Source: Clostridia bacterium
GTDB lineage: Bacteria; Bacillota; Clostridia; UBA1381; UMGS1253
DNA length: 64,000 nt
NCBI GenBank assembly: GCA_045546315.1
Contig: JAZQCN010000036.1
Span: forward strand, 33,574 to 97,573
Direction of reading: 5' to 3'
Part shown: piece after piece, positions 42,241-52,103 of the stretch
Layout: every line of letters starts with the position of its first letter
How positions within the stretch are numbered: position 1 is the stretch's first letter
The notes under the pieces: generated by a model
Seen by the model: the letters and a program-made list of their open reading frames with translations, nothing else
Told to the model about the DNA's origin: nothing
Databases searched by the model: none
Position numbers and translations under genes: made by a program

Positions 42241-43569
42241 TTATAATGTAATCTGAATGTGGTTTTGTGCGCCCCTGTGCAAATGGATTTGCTTTGTGTA
42301 AGTTTGTCCGTTCAACGTAATTTCAACATCATAGGTGCCGTAAAAGCCGCGAAATGCTGCTTTGCCCTCTGCGTCTGTTTGCACGCTTATGTTGGTGCGC
42401 CACTCTTTTTCAAACAGATTTTGAATCGCCGTATATGCCGGCTTGACCGACATATCGAAGCGCAAAAGACCGCCGCGGTAGTAGTTTTCGCCCGCGCTCA
42501 TATCCCCCTGCGGTGCAAATGCGGCATAGCCGTCGACCAGATTCCAGTAGATAATCGCTTCTGTCGCCGGATGTGAAAACCAAATGCGATACAGGTTTTC
42601 CAAAAGCTCTGCCTGCAGCGCCTCATCCTCTTCACTGTCCGTATAGGCAGGAATCGTCACCTCGGTTAACTGAATTGGCTTGTTTAGGCGCGCGTAAGTG
42701 TCGAGCACCTCGTAAAGATGCGCCGGATTGTACAATTCAGCTGCCGTTTCCGCCTCGTTTTCCGCGCGCACAAAATTGTGAAACTGCATACCGATGCTGT
42801 CGATGCGCGCGCCCTTTGAAAGTGCGCGCTCAATCTGCAGATAATACGGGCTGCGGTCAAAGCAGTAAAGGTGCTGCCAGATATGCGTTGCCTCGTTGAT
42901 AATCAGCTTGTTTGCCGTAAAATACTTTTCTGCCAGCGCAAAGTTCCATTCCACAAGCTCCGGCACTTTAAAATATGCAGTATTTTGCTGTCCGTGTCCC
43001 TTGCAAAGCGTTTCGTTGATGACCTCCCAATCCGAAATCTCGTCTGCATAGCGCGCCGCCAGCGAAGCATAGCGCCGTTGCAGTTTCTTTTGCGCATCAC
43101 GGATATCATCCAAATTCACCCAGTCCGGCGTGAAATTCACATAGGTCAGGCAATGTGCCTTCGGCGCAATTCCGTGTGCGCGGCAATATTCTAAGCACAA
43201 ATCCGGCGCCGGGCGGCGGTAAATTTTTTCGCTGTCCTTTGCATAGCGCGGTTTCCCCTCTACAGGCTCTAAATCACTCCAGTAAAACGGCAGCGTCGCC
43301 AGGTTAAACGCCTCTGCAAACTTCTCTTTATAGATTTTGTTTTTCTCCGCGCTTTCCATTTCCTCTAACATAAACAAGTTTGCGCCGTACTTAAAATCGT
43401 GTGTTTTTTGCCGCAAACGCACACTCGCCCGAATCGGCTTCCCCTCCGCATCCGTAATGCTTAAATACGCATCGCCCTTGCGGTTTTCTTCAATGCCGCG
43501 CGCGGCGCGTTCGCGCCAAAACGGCGCCTGCTCGTTAAAATATTTTAATACATCGTCTCTTCTGCTCAT
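42241..43569 (-). CDS. Glycoside hydrolase family 10 (endo-beta-1,4-xylanase family), cytoplasmic
   Basis: Start set at ATG 43569 (MSRRDDVLKYFNEQ..) with an AAGGGGGAG RBS. GH10 catalytic contexts are SDWEVINETL (acid/base) and PIQLTEVTI (nucleophile). Confidence 0.7.
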   Translation of the reverse strand: MSRRDDVLKYFNEQAPFWRERAARGIEENRKGDAYLSITDAEGKPIRASVRLRQKTHDFKYGANLFMLEEMESAEKNKIYKEKFAEAFNLATLPFYWSDLEPVEGKPRYAKDSEKIYRRPAPDLCLEYCRAHGIAPKAHCLTYVNFTPDWVNLDDIRDAQKKLQRRYASLAARYADEISDWEVINETLCKGHGQQNTAYFKVPELVEWNFALAEKYFTANKLIINEATHIWQHLYCFDRSPYYLQIERALSKGARIDSIGMQFHNFVRAENEAETAAELYNPAHLYEVLDTYARLNKPIQLTEVTIPAYTDSEEDEALQAELLENLYRIWFSHPATEAIIYWNLVDGYAAFAPQGDMSAGENYYRGGLLRFDMSVKPAYTAIQNLFEKEWRTNISVQTDAEGKAAFRGFYGTYDVEITLNGQTYTKQIHLHRGAQNHIQITL

Positions 43570-43700
43570 AAAAAAGCTCCCCCTTCGCTTGATTATATCA
43601 TAGCACAATGCCGAAAAACAGCACACCCTATTTTCGAGCAAATAGGTTGATTTTTCGAAACTAAAATGGTATGATTTAAGTGTTTAAGGAGGTGCTTTTC

Positions 43701-44468
43701 GTGTTTTTCGAGCAAGAAGCAATCAGCTTTCAGATTTTAGATGTACTGTATATATCCCAGCAAAGCTTTAAGCTTTTCAGCCACAAGCGCAATTTTGATG
43801 CACTATCCTACCGCTTTGAGGCAGACACAAGCATCCTCTGCAAAAACAAAGAAATACATTTTCCCGATAATTCCATCGGTTTTTTCCCGGCAAATGTAGA
43901 CTACGGGCGCATATCCAACCACGATAAAATGATTGTCATCCACTTTAAAGCCTTCAATTACCAAGGTGACACCGTAGAGCAATATCTCCCGCCCGAGCCG
44001 GAGAAATATCGCGAGCTGTTTGAGAAAATTTATACCTGCTGGTCGGAAAAAGCAGCATCCTACAAGCACGAAGCCGCTGCCATCTTAAACCTCATCTTTG
44101 CCGAGCTTTATAAGGACAATAAAACAGAGCAACCGAACAATTCAAAAATCAGCGCTTCCGTCCAATATATAGAGGAAAACTATTTAAAACACGATTTTTC
44201 GCTGCAGGTTGCAGCGGAAAAATCTTATATCAGCGAGCCGTATTTCCGAAAGCTTTTTAAGCAGGAATTCGGGGTTTCGCCGCAGCGCTATGTCATAGGG
44301 CGCAGAATCAGGCATGCGGCATCGCTGATGCTTACCGGCTACTACACACTTTCCGAAATTGCGGATTTGTGCGGCTACAATGACTACAAATACTTCTCGA
44401 CCGAGTTTAAAAAAATCATGGGCATTTCCCCATCGGCATACAAATACAATTTCGGTCAGCCCAAGTAA
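43701..44468 (+). CDS. AraC-family transcriptional regulator
   Basis: GTG 43701 lies 6 nt after TAAGGAGGTG. C-terminal HTH ..SEPYFRKLFKQEFGVSPQRYVIGRRIRHAASLMLTGYYTLSEIADLCGYNDYKYFSTEFKK. It is divergent from the GH10 gene. Confidence 0.8.
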   Translation: MFFEQEAISFQILDVLYISQQSFKLFSHKRNFDALSYRFEADTSILCKNKEIHFPDNSIGFFPANVDYGRISNHDKMIVIHFKAFNYQGDTVEQYLPPEPEKYRELFEKIYTCWSEKAASYKHEAAAILNLIFAELYKDNKTEQPNNSKISASVQYIEENYLKHDFSLQVAAEKSYISEPYFRKLFKQEFGVSPQRYVIGRRIRHAASLMLTGYYTLSEIADLCGYNDYKYFSTEFKKIMGISPSAYKYNFGQPK

Positions 44469-44475
44469 GTTTACA

Positions 44476-44504
44476 TTGACTTTACCGCGCGTAAACTATA
44501 TAAT
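44476..44504 (+). promoter_or_regulatory. Sigma-A promoter of tagA-tmk
   Basis: TTGACT (44476-44481), 17 nt spacer, TATAAT (44499-44504). Confidence 0.7.
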
Positions 44505-44531
44505 ATTGAAATAGGACAAGGAGGGATTCCC

Positions 44532-45281
44532 TTGCGCGAAACCATCAACATTTTAGGTGTACACATCGACCGATTGACACACAAAGAAGCCTTGGACAAG
44601 CTGACCGGCTTTTTGGAAACAGAAAAAACGGACATGGTGTTTACGCCGAACTCTGAAATTATACAAATGGCTTATAAGGATACAGAATTTGCAAAGCTGT
44701 TAAATGCGTCGAGCCTAAACACAGCTGACGGCATCGGCGTTGTATACGCATCCAAAATCTTAGGCAAGCCACTTGCCGAAAGAGTTGCCGGCTTCGACTT
44801 AATGTGCGCATTTATGGGCGTTTGCGAAAAAAAAGGCGCGCGCGTGTTCTTGTTCGGCTCTAAAGAAGGTGTGGCAAAGGAAGCGGCAGACGAGCTTTGC
44901 CGCCGTCATCCGAGCCTGAATATCTGCGGCATGCGCAACGGCTATTTTACCGAAGCGGATAACGAAAGCATTATTTCCGAAATGAACGCCGCAAATCCGG
45001 ATGTCATCTTAGTTTGTCTCGGCGCACCGAAGCAGGAAAAGTGGATTTATGCCAACGCACCCAAGCTGAATGCAAAAATCATGATGGGCTGCGGCGGCAG
45101 TTTAGATGTGCTTGCCGGCAGAGTTGAGCGTGCACCGGAAAAATGGCAAAAATCAGGTCTGGAATGGGCATACCGCTTAAAGAAAGAACCAAAGCGCATC
45201 TGGCGTATGACCGCATTGCCGCGCTTCGGGTTAACGGTGTTATTTAAAGGCAGAAAATACAAGCAGGAAAGCGAGAAATAA
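44532..45281 (+). CDS. tagA: WecB/TagA/CpsF-family glycosyltransferase (N-acetylmannosaminyltransferase-like)
   Basis: TTG start after GGAGGG. Motifs ..ILGVHIDRLTHKEALDKL..FTPNSEII..LNTADGIGVVYASK..LGAPKQEKW.. Confidence 0.8.
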   Translation: MRETINILGVHIDRLTHKEALDKLTGFLETEKTDMVFTPNSEIIQMAYKDTEFAKLLNASSLNTADGIGVVYASKILGKPLAERVAGFDLMCAFMGVCEKKGARVFLFGSKEGVAKEAADELCRRHPSLNICGMRNGYFTEADNESIISEMNAANPDVILVCLGAPKQEKWIYANAPKLNAKIMMGCGGSLDVLAGRVERAPEKWQKSGLEWAYRLKKEPKRIWRMTALPRFGLTVLFKGRKYKQESEK

Positions 45282-45283
45282 AT

Positions 45284-45952
45284 ATGGGTACTTTATTTGT
45301 AATTGAAGGTGTGGACGGCGCCGGCAAGGCAACGCAAACCGCAAAGCTCGTTGAGCGCCTGACCGCGGACGGTAAAAACCCTTTAAAGGTCACCTTCCCG
45401 GATTATGAAAACAAATCCTCGGATATCGTAAAAATGTATTTAAACGGCACATTTGGCGCACACGCTGACGATGTCAACGCTAAAGCGGCATCGACCTTTT
45501 TTGCCATCGACCGCTATGTGTCGTACAAAACGCGCTGGGAGGCAGATTACCTGTCCGACCGCGTAATTGTAGCAGACCGCTATGTGACTTCGAATATGAT
45601 TCATCAGGCGTCCAAGCTCGACACGGTTGAGGAAAAGGAAGCCTTCATCGACTGGCTGACGGATTTTGAGTACGGCATTTACAAGCTCCCCGCGCCAAGC
45701 AAGGTTGTCTTTTTAGATATGCCGCCTAAGTATGCCGCAGAGCTTACAAAGACGCGCGCCAACAAGTCCACCGGCGAAATGGTACAGGATATTCACGAAA
45801 GCGACAGAGCGTACATTCAAAAAAGCTATGAAAACGCTCTTTGGGTTGCCAAGCGCTACGGCTGGCACATCATCAGCTGTGTAAAAGACGGCTGCATCCG
45901 CACCATCGACGATATTTCCGATGAGGTTTATAATTATTTTATGAATGCATAG
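45284..45952 (+). CDS. tmk: Thymidylate (dTMP) kinase
   Basis: P-loop FVIEGVDGAGKATQ and DRY motif ADRYVTSNMIHQ. Confidence 0.8.
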   Translation: MGTLFVIEGVDGAGKATQTAKLVERLTADGKNPLKVTFPDYENKSSDIVKMYLNGTFGAHADDVNAKAASTFFAIDRYVSYKTRWEADYLSDRVIVADRYVTSNMIHQASKLDTVEEKEAFIDWLTDFEYGIYKLPAPSKVVFLDMPPKYAAELTKTRANKSTGEMVQDIHESDRAYIQKSYENALWVAKRYGWHIISCVKDGCIRTIDDISDEVYNYFMNA

Positions 45953-45989
45953 AAAAAGGGTTGAGATTAAAAATCTCAACCCTTTTTTT
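45953..45989. terminator. Bidirectional terminator
   Basis: AAAAAGGGTTGAGATT-AAAAATCTCAACCCTTTTTTT. Confidence 0.75.
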
Positions 45990-48900
45990 ACTTATTCAAC
46001 ATTTCCACCAGATAATCCACGGTAAACGCTTCAAATGTAATCTTCATATCGCTGATGATGATTAAGCCCCGGTCGTCCCAGAACACGGCTTTGTCCATTG
46101 CCTCAACCATTGCACGCAGCGGAATCAGCGTTCTGCCGCCGACCGTCTGCGCCGGCACATCGAGTGTTACAACATTCTCGCCCACCTGCATTTGGTCGGA
46201 GCCGATTTGCAGTGTGATAGTCTTGTTCCCCTTCTTTACAGTTACCGTCTGTGTGGCATCGTCCCAGCCGACATCAGCGCCGAATTTCTCGGCGATAAAG
46301 CGTACCGGCACAAGCGTTCTTCCGTTTTGCACAATCGGTGCAATCTCCGGATTGTTTACATCGACCTGCGTCAGTTCGTTGCCTGCATAGGCGTTTGCCT
46401 TGTCGACAAACAGGCAAACCGTATTCCAAAGCTCCGGTCTTGCTTCTGTTTCGGTGTCGAGCTTCCAGTCCGCAATCGCCTCTGCCGCAAACGGACTTGC
46501 TGCATCTGCTTCACCCCTCTTCAGCGGAATGAATTCCACCGCAAGTGTGAAGTCCTTCTGCCCCGCAATAGAAATTGCAAGCTTTTTGCCGTAGTCTCTG
46601 TTTACATCAATCGGCGGTGTCGGGCTGGTCGGCAGTGCTTTTGCTTCCATCGCCTCTAATTTTGCACCCTCGAAGCCCTGCGCGATGCGCACGAGCATCT
46701 GCTTACCGTTTTGAGTTAAAATGGCGCTCTTGCCGTCCTCTGCAATTGTAATGTCCGCATCCGTATGTGCAAACCAATAACCGCTCTCAAATGTCTTCTT
46801 ACCCTTGACTTCATCCTGCACAAGCGCCGCGCCCGTCAGGTTATCAATGCGCACGCCGCGCTTGTAGGCGCTCACATGCTCGGTATAAGCCTTGCTTAAA
46901 TCCATTCTGCCGAAGGTGCCGTTGATGTTGGTTTCCAGAATTTCGGATTTTGCTGTGCCGGTAAGGTCCTGACCGCAGTCTTCGTCCGGGTCAAATACGA
47001 GCACATTCCACCCTTCAGGTCGCGCCTGATAGTACATAGAGCGCTCGCCCGGCCAGTCGTAGTTATATCTCGGACGCATCGTTACCCAAGTTTCGCCGTT
47101 TGCCTGCAGCATAAAGTTACCGAGTGAATATACCGAGTGGCTCGCACCGTTTTTGCCGCCCTGGATACCGACATAGGTTGCATCGTTTGTGAGCCAGGAG
47201 TTACGCATCAGCATAATGTCACACCAGTCGCTCGAATACAAGCGTCCGAGCGGAAAATATGCAAACTGCGATGCATCTGTGTCAGCAACATCCATATTCA
47301 TAAGCAAAAACAGCTGATTGGATAAATATCCGCTCGGCAATGTGTTTGCATCAAAGTTATTGTACTGATATGCCGCATATGCCGGCTGATTAAACTGGTT
47401 TGCAAGCCAGTATAAAGGACCGGTCTTAAGCGGCTCCGGACTCGCATCACCGTAGTTGAACGCACCAACCGGGCCATTGGAATACATTACATATTCCGCC
47501 GTCTGCGCAAAGCCCGGCTCGTTTGAAAAATCAAGCACACGCGGAATTGCATATCCCGGCTTGACTGCCGTATTGATAGCTTCCGTGGTAAATGCCGCAT
47601 AGCGTGTGGTTAAATTCCAGTAGCTGATACCCTCATACCATGCGCCCTCCGGCTCATAGCACACCATAGACTCCGGCATCTTTTTGCCTGCGCCCTCCAA
47701 AATCAGGCTCATACAGTTCGGATACACCTCGTACATCGCAAGCGCCGCGATAATCGCACTGCCATCATTTACAACGCCACGGTTATTGCCGGTATCATTC
47801 ATATAGTTGTTAATGCCGCCCTTGCCGGCAAAGGATTTTGCCATATCGACAAGTGCGTTTTCCAAAAGTCCTTCTTCGATAAACTTTCTTTCCTCCGCCG
47901 TCAGGTCATTGTACATCCAGTCATACGCAAGTGCAACACCTGTGCTCATTTCGGACACCGCAAGTGCAGAACCGTTAATCCAGTTGCCGATTTCAAATAC
48001 ACTCTTCATTTCTTCGAGTGCACGGGTTTTGTATGCATCCTCGCCGGTCATCGCATACATAAACGCCAGACCGATTAAACGGTTTTCTGTGCTTCTCGCC
48101 CAGGAAAGGTACGGCGAACGGTCGGAAGATACAACCTTTTCATACGGCTTAGCCGCCAAATGGTTTTTGTCTACCGTTTCTTTCAATCTGTTATATGCAT
48201 GTGTCAAATATGTACTTGCTGCAATTCTTTCCTTTAAAGCATCAAATGTATTTTCCTCGTTAAACCAAAGGCGCGGATGTCCGGTGCGCAGGCTGCTTAA
48301 AATCGCTGTATCGCCGATAAATTCCTTTTCTACATCCGGAATCGGCGCTTTGCCGAACTCTGGGATGCTCGAATAAAACTCCACGTCGTCAATCGCCATG
48401 GTTTCACCCGGTTGCAGTGTGCCCTGCAGATTGATGGTGAAATTGTTTTGAAAATCCCAATCCGACGGAAGTTCTTTTGTATCTACACACTTACCGTCTA
48501 CATAAAGTTCATACAACATCTGCTCAAAGTCAAGCGCCGCCGTTACATAGCCCGTCTCAAACGGAAGCTCGCTGAGAATGGTGGAAACGCGTGTACCCAC
48601 CGAATCGGCAACGCGCACGTTTAAGCGATGTCCGCCCATTTTGTTGTGCGCAAAGCCGACGTAAATTACCGGCTTATGCCCGAAAATGTTAAAATACTTC
48701 TGCACCGCCGGGCCGCCGTGCTTTTCGCGCTCCGGAATAACCTCAAACATCAGATATTGATTTTCCGGATTATGCTCACTTGCCGCAATATAAACCTTCG
48801 CCTCATCGTTCGAGGTAATTTTCGACCACTGGTTCATATCATTTGCAACGCCGCGCGGCTTGTTGCCCGGATAGTAGCTTTCAAAGTCATCCGAGAACAC

Positions 48901-49056
48901 AAGGTGTTCCGCCTTGTCCAAATCAATCTCACCGCCCGTGTAGCGTGCCGGCTTTTTCGGCATATCCTTTACCATTGCCCCCGCAAAGGTCGGCAAAAGG
49001 CTGATGCACATTACCGCCGCCAGCAGGACAGCTAAAATGCGTTTTGTTGTTTTCAT
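45988..49056 (-). CDS. Secreted heparinase II/III-like polysaccharide lyase with a concanavalin/LamG-like N-domain and a C-terminal copper-amine-oxidase-N-like domain
   Basis: Signal peptide MKTTKRILAVLLAAVMCISLLPTFAGA. An alpha/alpha toroid region follows (..TGHPRLWFNEENTFDALKERIAA..), then a heparinase-II/III-like block (GGKNGASHSVYSLGNFMLQANGETWV). C-terminus ..VQNGRTLVPVRFIAEKFGADVGWDDATQTVTV..GGRTLIPLRAMVEAMD. Confidence 0.65.
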   Translation of the reverse strand: MKTTKRILAVLLAAVMCISLLPTFAGAMVKDMPKKPARYTGGEIDLDKAEHLVFSDDFESYYPGNKPRGVANDMNQWSKITSNDEAKVYIAASEHNPENQYLMFEVIPEREKHGGPAVQKYFNIFGHKPVIYVGFAHNKMGGHRLNVRVADSVGTRVSTILSELPFETGYVTAALDFEQMLYELYVDGKCVDTKELPSDWDFQNNFTINLQGTLQPGETMAIDDVEFYSSIPEFGKAPIPDVEKEFIGDTAILSSLRTGHPRLWFNEENTFDALKERIAASTYLTHAYNRLKETVDKNHLAAKPYEKVVSSDRSPYLSWARSTENRLIGLAFMYAMTGEDAYKTRALEEMKSVFEIGNWINGSALAVSEMSTGVALAYDWMYNDLTAEERKFIEEGLLENALVDMAKSFAGKGGINNYMNDTGNNRGVVNDGSAIIAALAMYEVYPNCMSLILEGAGKKMPESMVCYEPEGAWYEGISYWNLTTRYAAFTTEAINTAVKPGYAIPRVLDFSNEPGFAQTAEYVMYSNGPVGAFNYGDASPEPLKTGPLYWLANQFNQPAYAAYQYNNFDANTLPSGYLSNQLFLLMNMDVADTDASQFAYFPLGRLYSSDWCDIMLMRNSWLTNDATYVGIQGGKNGASHSVYSLGNFMLQANGETWVTMRPRYNYDWPGERSMYYQARPEGWNVLVFDPDEDCGQDLTGTAKSEILETNINGTFGRMDLSKAYTEHVSAYKRGVRIDNLTGAALVQDEVKGKKTFESGYWFAHTDADITIAEDGKSAILTQNGKQMLVRIAQGFEGAKLEAMEAKALPTSPTPPIDVNRDYGKKLAISIAGQKDFTLAVEFIPLKRGEADAASPFAAEAIADWKLDTETEARPELWNTVCLFVDKANAYAGNELTQVDVNNPEIAPIVQNGRTLVPVRFIAEKFGADVGWDDATQTVTVKKGNKTITLQIGSDQMQVGENVVTLDVPAQTVGGRTLIPLRAMVEAMDKAVFWDDRGLIIISDMKITFEAFTVDYLVEMLNK

Positions 49057-49217
49057 AAAATTTAACCTCCGCTCATTTTAGTTTCTGCCTTCATTATAAC
49101 ACAAACAAAAATGTTCTACCATATCAGTTTTAATTGTATTTTTTATATGTTTTGGCTACAAAATTCTTTACTTTTCATTCATAAAATGATATTCTTTAGA
49201 AAAGGGGAGGTGCGAAG

Positions 49218-49964
49218 ATGCAGGAAAATCTTCATATTACGGTCGTAAAAAACTATCGTCATTGGAAGGGACAGCACGTAAGAACCGAGACCCACAGAAC
49301 CATTGAGCTTGTTTTCCATCTCTATGGCATCGGTTTTGAAAACATCGGCGGAAAAAACTTTCACTTTAACAGCAATTCTCTGTCTGTCGTTTTACCGGGC
49401 ACACCGCACGATAAGCTGTACGCCGAGCAAAGCGAAGTTGTATCCATACACTTTACAACAGATCTGCCATTCTTTAATGAAAGTGCCGTATACTATATCA
49501 AAGACGAAAATATTCGCGAACTGTTTATGCGTATGCGTGAAGAAATCGCCTCATCCCGTCCGCACCGCATGCAAATGCTTACGCATCTGCTTGGTGAAGC
49601 GCTGGTTTTGTTTTCTCGCACAGAACCGCTATACTATCCCACCGGCGATATTGAATCTGCCGCATTTTATATTGATACACATTATGCGAAAAAAATTGAC
49701 TTTAAAAAGCTTGCCACCGACTCCAATTACAGCTATGACCGTTTCAGGCATATCTTCAAAGAAAAAATGGGCAAAGCCCCGCGTGACTATATGATTGCGC
49801 GCCGCTTGTCGCGTGCAAAATATCTTTTGGAAACCACTTCGCTCAGCATTGCCGCTATTGCAGAGCAATGTGGCTTTGCGACAAATGCGCAGTTTTCTGC
49901 AATATTTAAAAATAATTTTTCAACAACACCTGCCACTTATCGAAAAAACTTGAAAAAAAGATAA
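49218..49964 (+). CDS. AraC-family transcriptional regulator
   Basis: RBS GGGGAGGTG. C-terminal HTH ..YSYDRFRHIFKEKMGKAPRDYMIARRLSRAKYLLETTSLSIAAIAEQCGFATNAQFSAIFKN. It is divergent from the lyase gene. Confidence 0.8.
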   Translation: MQENLHITVVKNYRHWKGQHVRTETHRTIELVFHLYGIGFENIGGKNFHFNSNSLSVVLPGTPHDKLYAEQSEVVSIHFTTDLPFFNESAVYYIKDENIRELFMRMREEIASSRPHRMQMLTHLLGEALVLFSRTEPLYYPTGDIESAAFYIDTHYAKKIDFKKLATDSNYSYDRFRHIFKEKMGKAPRDYMIARRLSRAKYLLETTSLSIAAIAEQCGFATNAQFSAIFKNNFSTTPATYRKNLKKR

Positions 49965-49978
49965 ACCTGTGCTATACT
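49950..49978 (+). promoter_or_regulatory. Sigma-A promoter (extended -10) for the preQ1 riboswitch and queT
   Basis: TTGAAA (49950-49955), 17 nt ending in TGC, then TATACT (49973-49978). Confidence 0.6.
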
Positions 49979-49984
49979 GTTTCG

Positions 49985-50026
49985 CAGTGAGTTCGAAACC
50001 TTCCTCACTTAAAACAAAACTAAAGG
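49985..50026 (+). promoter_or_regulatory. preQ1-I riboswitch
   Basis: GTGAG-TTC-GAAACCTTC-CTCAC-TTAAAACAAAACTAAAGGAG: a 5-bp P1 with a UUC start to the loop and an A-rich tail ending CUA that runs into the SD. The layout matches the B. subtilis queC aptamer (AGAGG-UUC..CCUCU-AUAAAAAACUAA). The downstream gene is queT. Confidence 0.75.
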
Positions 50027-50035
50027 AGACAAAAA

Positions 50036-50512
50036 ATGAAAAAGACAAAAGCCATAACCCAGGCGGCGCTTATTGCGGCGCTCTATGTTGCGCTGACATA
50101 TCTTGCAAACCTTTTAGGCCTCGCCAGCGGCGCAATTCAAATCCGTTTTTCTGAAGCACTCACCGTGCTGCCGCTCTTTACGGTGGCGGCAATCCCCGGC
50201 CTGGCACTCGGTTGCCTTCTGGCAAATCTGCTGACCGGCTGTGCGCTCTGGGATGTCATTTTCGGCACGCTTGCCACCCTGCTCGGCACGCTCGGCACGC
50301 GCTACCTTTCTAAAAAAAGCAAGTGGCTCGCGCCGGTTTTCCCGATTCTGGCAAATACGCTGATTATCCCATTTGTGCTCACCTATGTGTACGGCTTGAC
50401 CGACGCAATGTGGTATCTGTTTTTAACCGTCGCCGTCGGCGAAATTCTCTCCTGCGGCGTGCTCGGCATTCCGCTTGCAGGTGCAATGGAGAAAAACAAA
50501 TTTTTCAAATAA
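50036..50512 (+). CDS. queT: Queuosine-precursor transporter QueT (ECF S-component type)
   Basis: MKKTKAITQAALIAALYVALTYL..IQIRFSEALTVLPLFTVAAIPGLALGCLLANLL..DVIFGTLATLLG. Confidence 0.8.
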   Translation: MKKTKAITQAALIAALYVALTYLANLLGLASGAIQIRFSEALTVLPLFTVAAIPGLALGCLLANLLTGCALWDVIFGTLATLLGTLGTRYLSKKSKWLAPVFPILANTLIIPFVLTYVYGLTDAMWYLFLTVAVGEILSCGVLGIPLAGAMEKNKFFK

Positions 50513-50519
50513 TAATAAT

Positions 50520-50553
50520 AAAACACCCGATGCAAAACGCATCGGGTGTTTTA
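50520..50553. terminator. Bidirectional terminator
   Basis: AAAACACCCGATGC-AAAACGCATCGGGTGTTTT. Confidence 0.75.
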
Positions 50554-50573
50554 TTATCCTATTTGATTTCGCT

Positions 50574-50846
50574 TCAAATAAAAACTGCTGCAAAAAGCGG
50601 TGTCAGACTTCCAAGCAAAAGCCCCAAAGCTGTCACAGCATCTTTGCGACACCACAATGCAAAAGCTATCGCGCCCAAAATTGCATAGAGAACATCTAAA
50701 AATTCAAAAGCGAGGATAAACACTGCACCGCTTTGATTCAAAAGTGCAAGCAATGCACATAAAAAACAATAAAAGCCTGCCGCACAGAAATAAGCAAAAT
50801 AAAACGCCTTGTTTTTGAAAATCTCCCAAGCTACTCGTTTCTTCAT
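50574..50846 (-). CDS. Hypothetical small membrane protein (3 TM), last gene of the cdd-udp operon
   Basis: 90 aa and hydrophobic. It starts 2 nt after the udp stop. Confidence 0.55.
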   Translation of the reverse strand: MKKRVAWEIFKNKAFYFAYFCAAGFYCFLCALLALLNQSGAVFILAFEFLDVLYAILGAIAFALWCRKDAVTALGLLLGSLTPLFAAVFI

Positions 50847-50848
50847 CG

Positions 50849-51616
50849 TTATTCCCTATCCAATCTTATCAATTCTCTTATCGCTTCAATCGCCGTTAAA
50901 ATTGCCGGCTCGGTATCGTGATGCAGAATATTTTCAAGGCCCTTGTCCTGGCGGTTCTGATTGCCGACGGTAAGTAGCACTGTGCCGGTGCGCACATCCA
51001 AATAACTGCCGAGCACAAACAGCGCCGCCGACTCCATCTCCGATGCCTTTACGCCGAGCTTACCGTACGCCTCCCACTTATGCAAAAGCTCGTGCGAAAC
51101 CGGCATTTTCTCCGGCTCGTGCTGCCCGTAAAACGAATCCTTGCACTGCACAATGCCGGTATGGAAGGTGTAGCCTGTGCGCTTTGCCGCCTGCACCAGC
51201 GCCGTTGTTACATCAAAATCCGCTGCCGCCGGAAACTCAATCGGTGCATACTCTCTTGTTGTGCCCTCCTGGCGCACAGATGCAGTTGCAATCACCAAAT
51301 CACCGCCGCAAACCTCGAGCGACATCCCGCCGCAGGTGCCCACGCGGATAAATGTATCCGCGCCACAGCGCACCAGCTCTTCTACTGCAATTGCCGCAGA
51401 AGGGCCCCCAATACCGGTGCTTGTTACACTGACCTTTTCGCCGTCGATGTAGCCGGTATAAGTCACATACTCGCGGCTGTCTGCCACAAGCTCCGCATCA
51501 TCAAAATATGCCGCGATTTTCGCGCAGCGCTTCGGGTCGCCCGGCAATATGACATATCTGCCGCAGTCTCCGTGTCTTAGTCCGATATGATACTGTTTAT
51601 CTGTAGAATAAATCAT
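50849..51616 (-). CDS. udp: Uridine phosphorylase (PNP/UDP-1 family)
   Basis: ..[71 protein letters not shown]. Confidence 0.8.
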   Translation of the reverse strand: MIYSTDKQYHIGLRHGDCGRYVILPGDPKRCAKIAAYFDDAELVADSREYVTYTGYIDGEKVSVTSTGIGGPSAAIAVEELVRCGADTFIRVGTCGGMSLEVCGGDLVIATASVRQEGTTREYAPIEFPAAADFDVTTALVQAAKRTGYTFHTGIVQCKDSFYGQHEPEKMPVSHELLHKWEAYGKLGVKASEMESAALFVLGSYLDVRTGTVLLTVGNQNRQDKGLENILHHDTEPAILTAIEAIRELIRLDRE

Positions 51617-52005
51617 TTTATACCTCCAAATGCATACGGCAACAGCTCGCCGAGGGTATATGCTTTGATTTCCGTTTCACTTTTGGCAAGATACACCGGG
51701 CAATTTTCATCCGCAAATTCCGAAAGCACCTGGCGGCACGCACCGCACGGCATCGTGTAATCACATTCGACCTTGCCGCCGGCAATTGCAATCGCGCAAA
51801 CCCTGCGCTCTCCTGCACTCATCGCTGAAAAAATTGCACTGCGCTCGGCACAGTTCGTCAGCCCGTAGCTGACATTTTCAATATTTGCACCTGTATAAAT
51901 TTTTCCGCTCCCGCACAAAACCGCCGCACCGACCTTAAATCCGGAATACGGCGCATAGGCATTTTCCCTTGCCGCAAGCGCCAGTTTTGCAAGCTTTTCT
52001 TTCAT
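51613..52005 (-). CDS. cdd: Cytidine deaminase
   Basis: Zinc motifs [10 protein letters not shown] and [12 protein letters not shown]. It overlaps udp by 4 nt. Confidence 0.9.
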   Translation of the reverse strand: MKEKLAKLALAARENAYAPYSGFKVGAAVLCGSGKIYTGANIENVSYGLTNCAERSAIFSAMSAGERRVCAIAIAGGKVECDYTMPCGACRQVLSEFADENCPVYLAKSETEIKAYTLGELLPYAFGGIK

Positions 52006-52103
52006 AAGACCACCGCCTTTTCTTTATTGTATTTTATATTTCAAGCCTTGTCAATATTTTTGTCTCGTGGTATAATGACTCATACAAGCACGAAGCTATG
52101 TTC

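Noticed and set aside
49969-50154. Track ORF 49969..50154 (plus strand, 61 aa), which overlaps the preQ1 riboswitch and the queT start.
   Set aside because: It is out of frame with queT, has no RBS, and its sequence is explained by the riboswitch plus queT.
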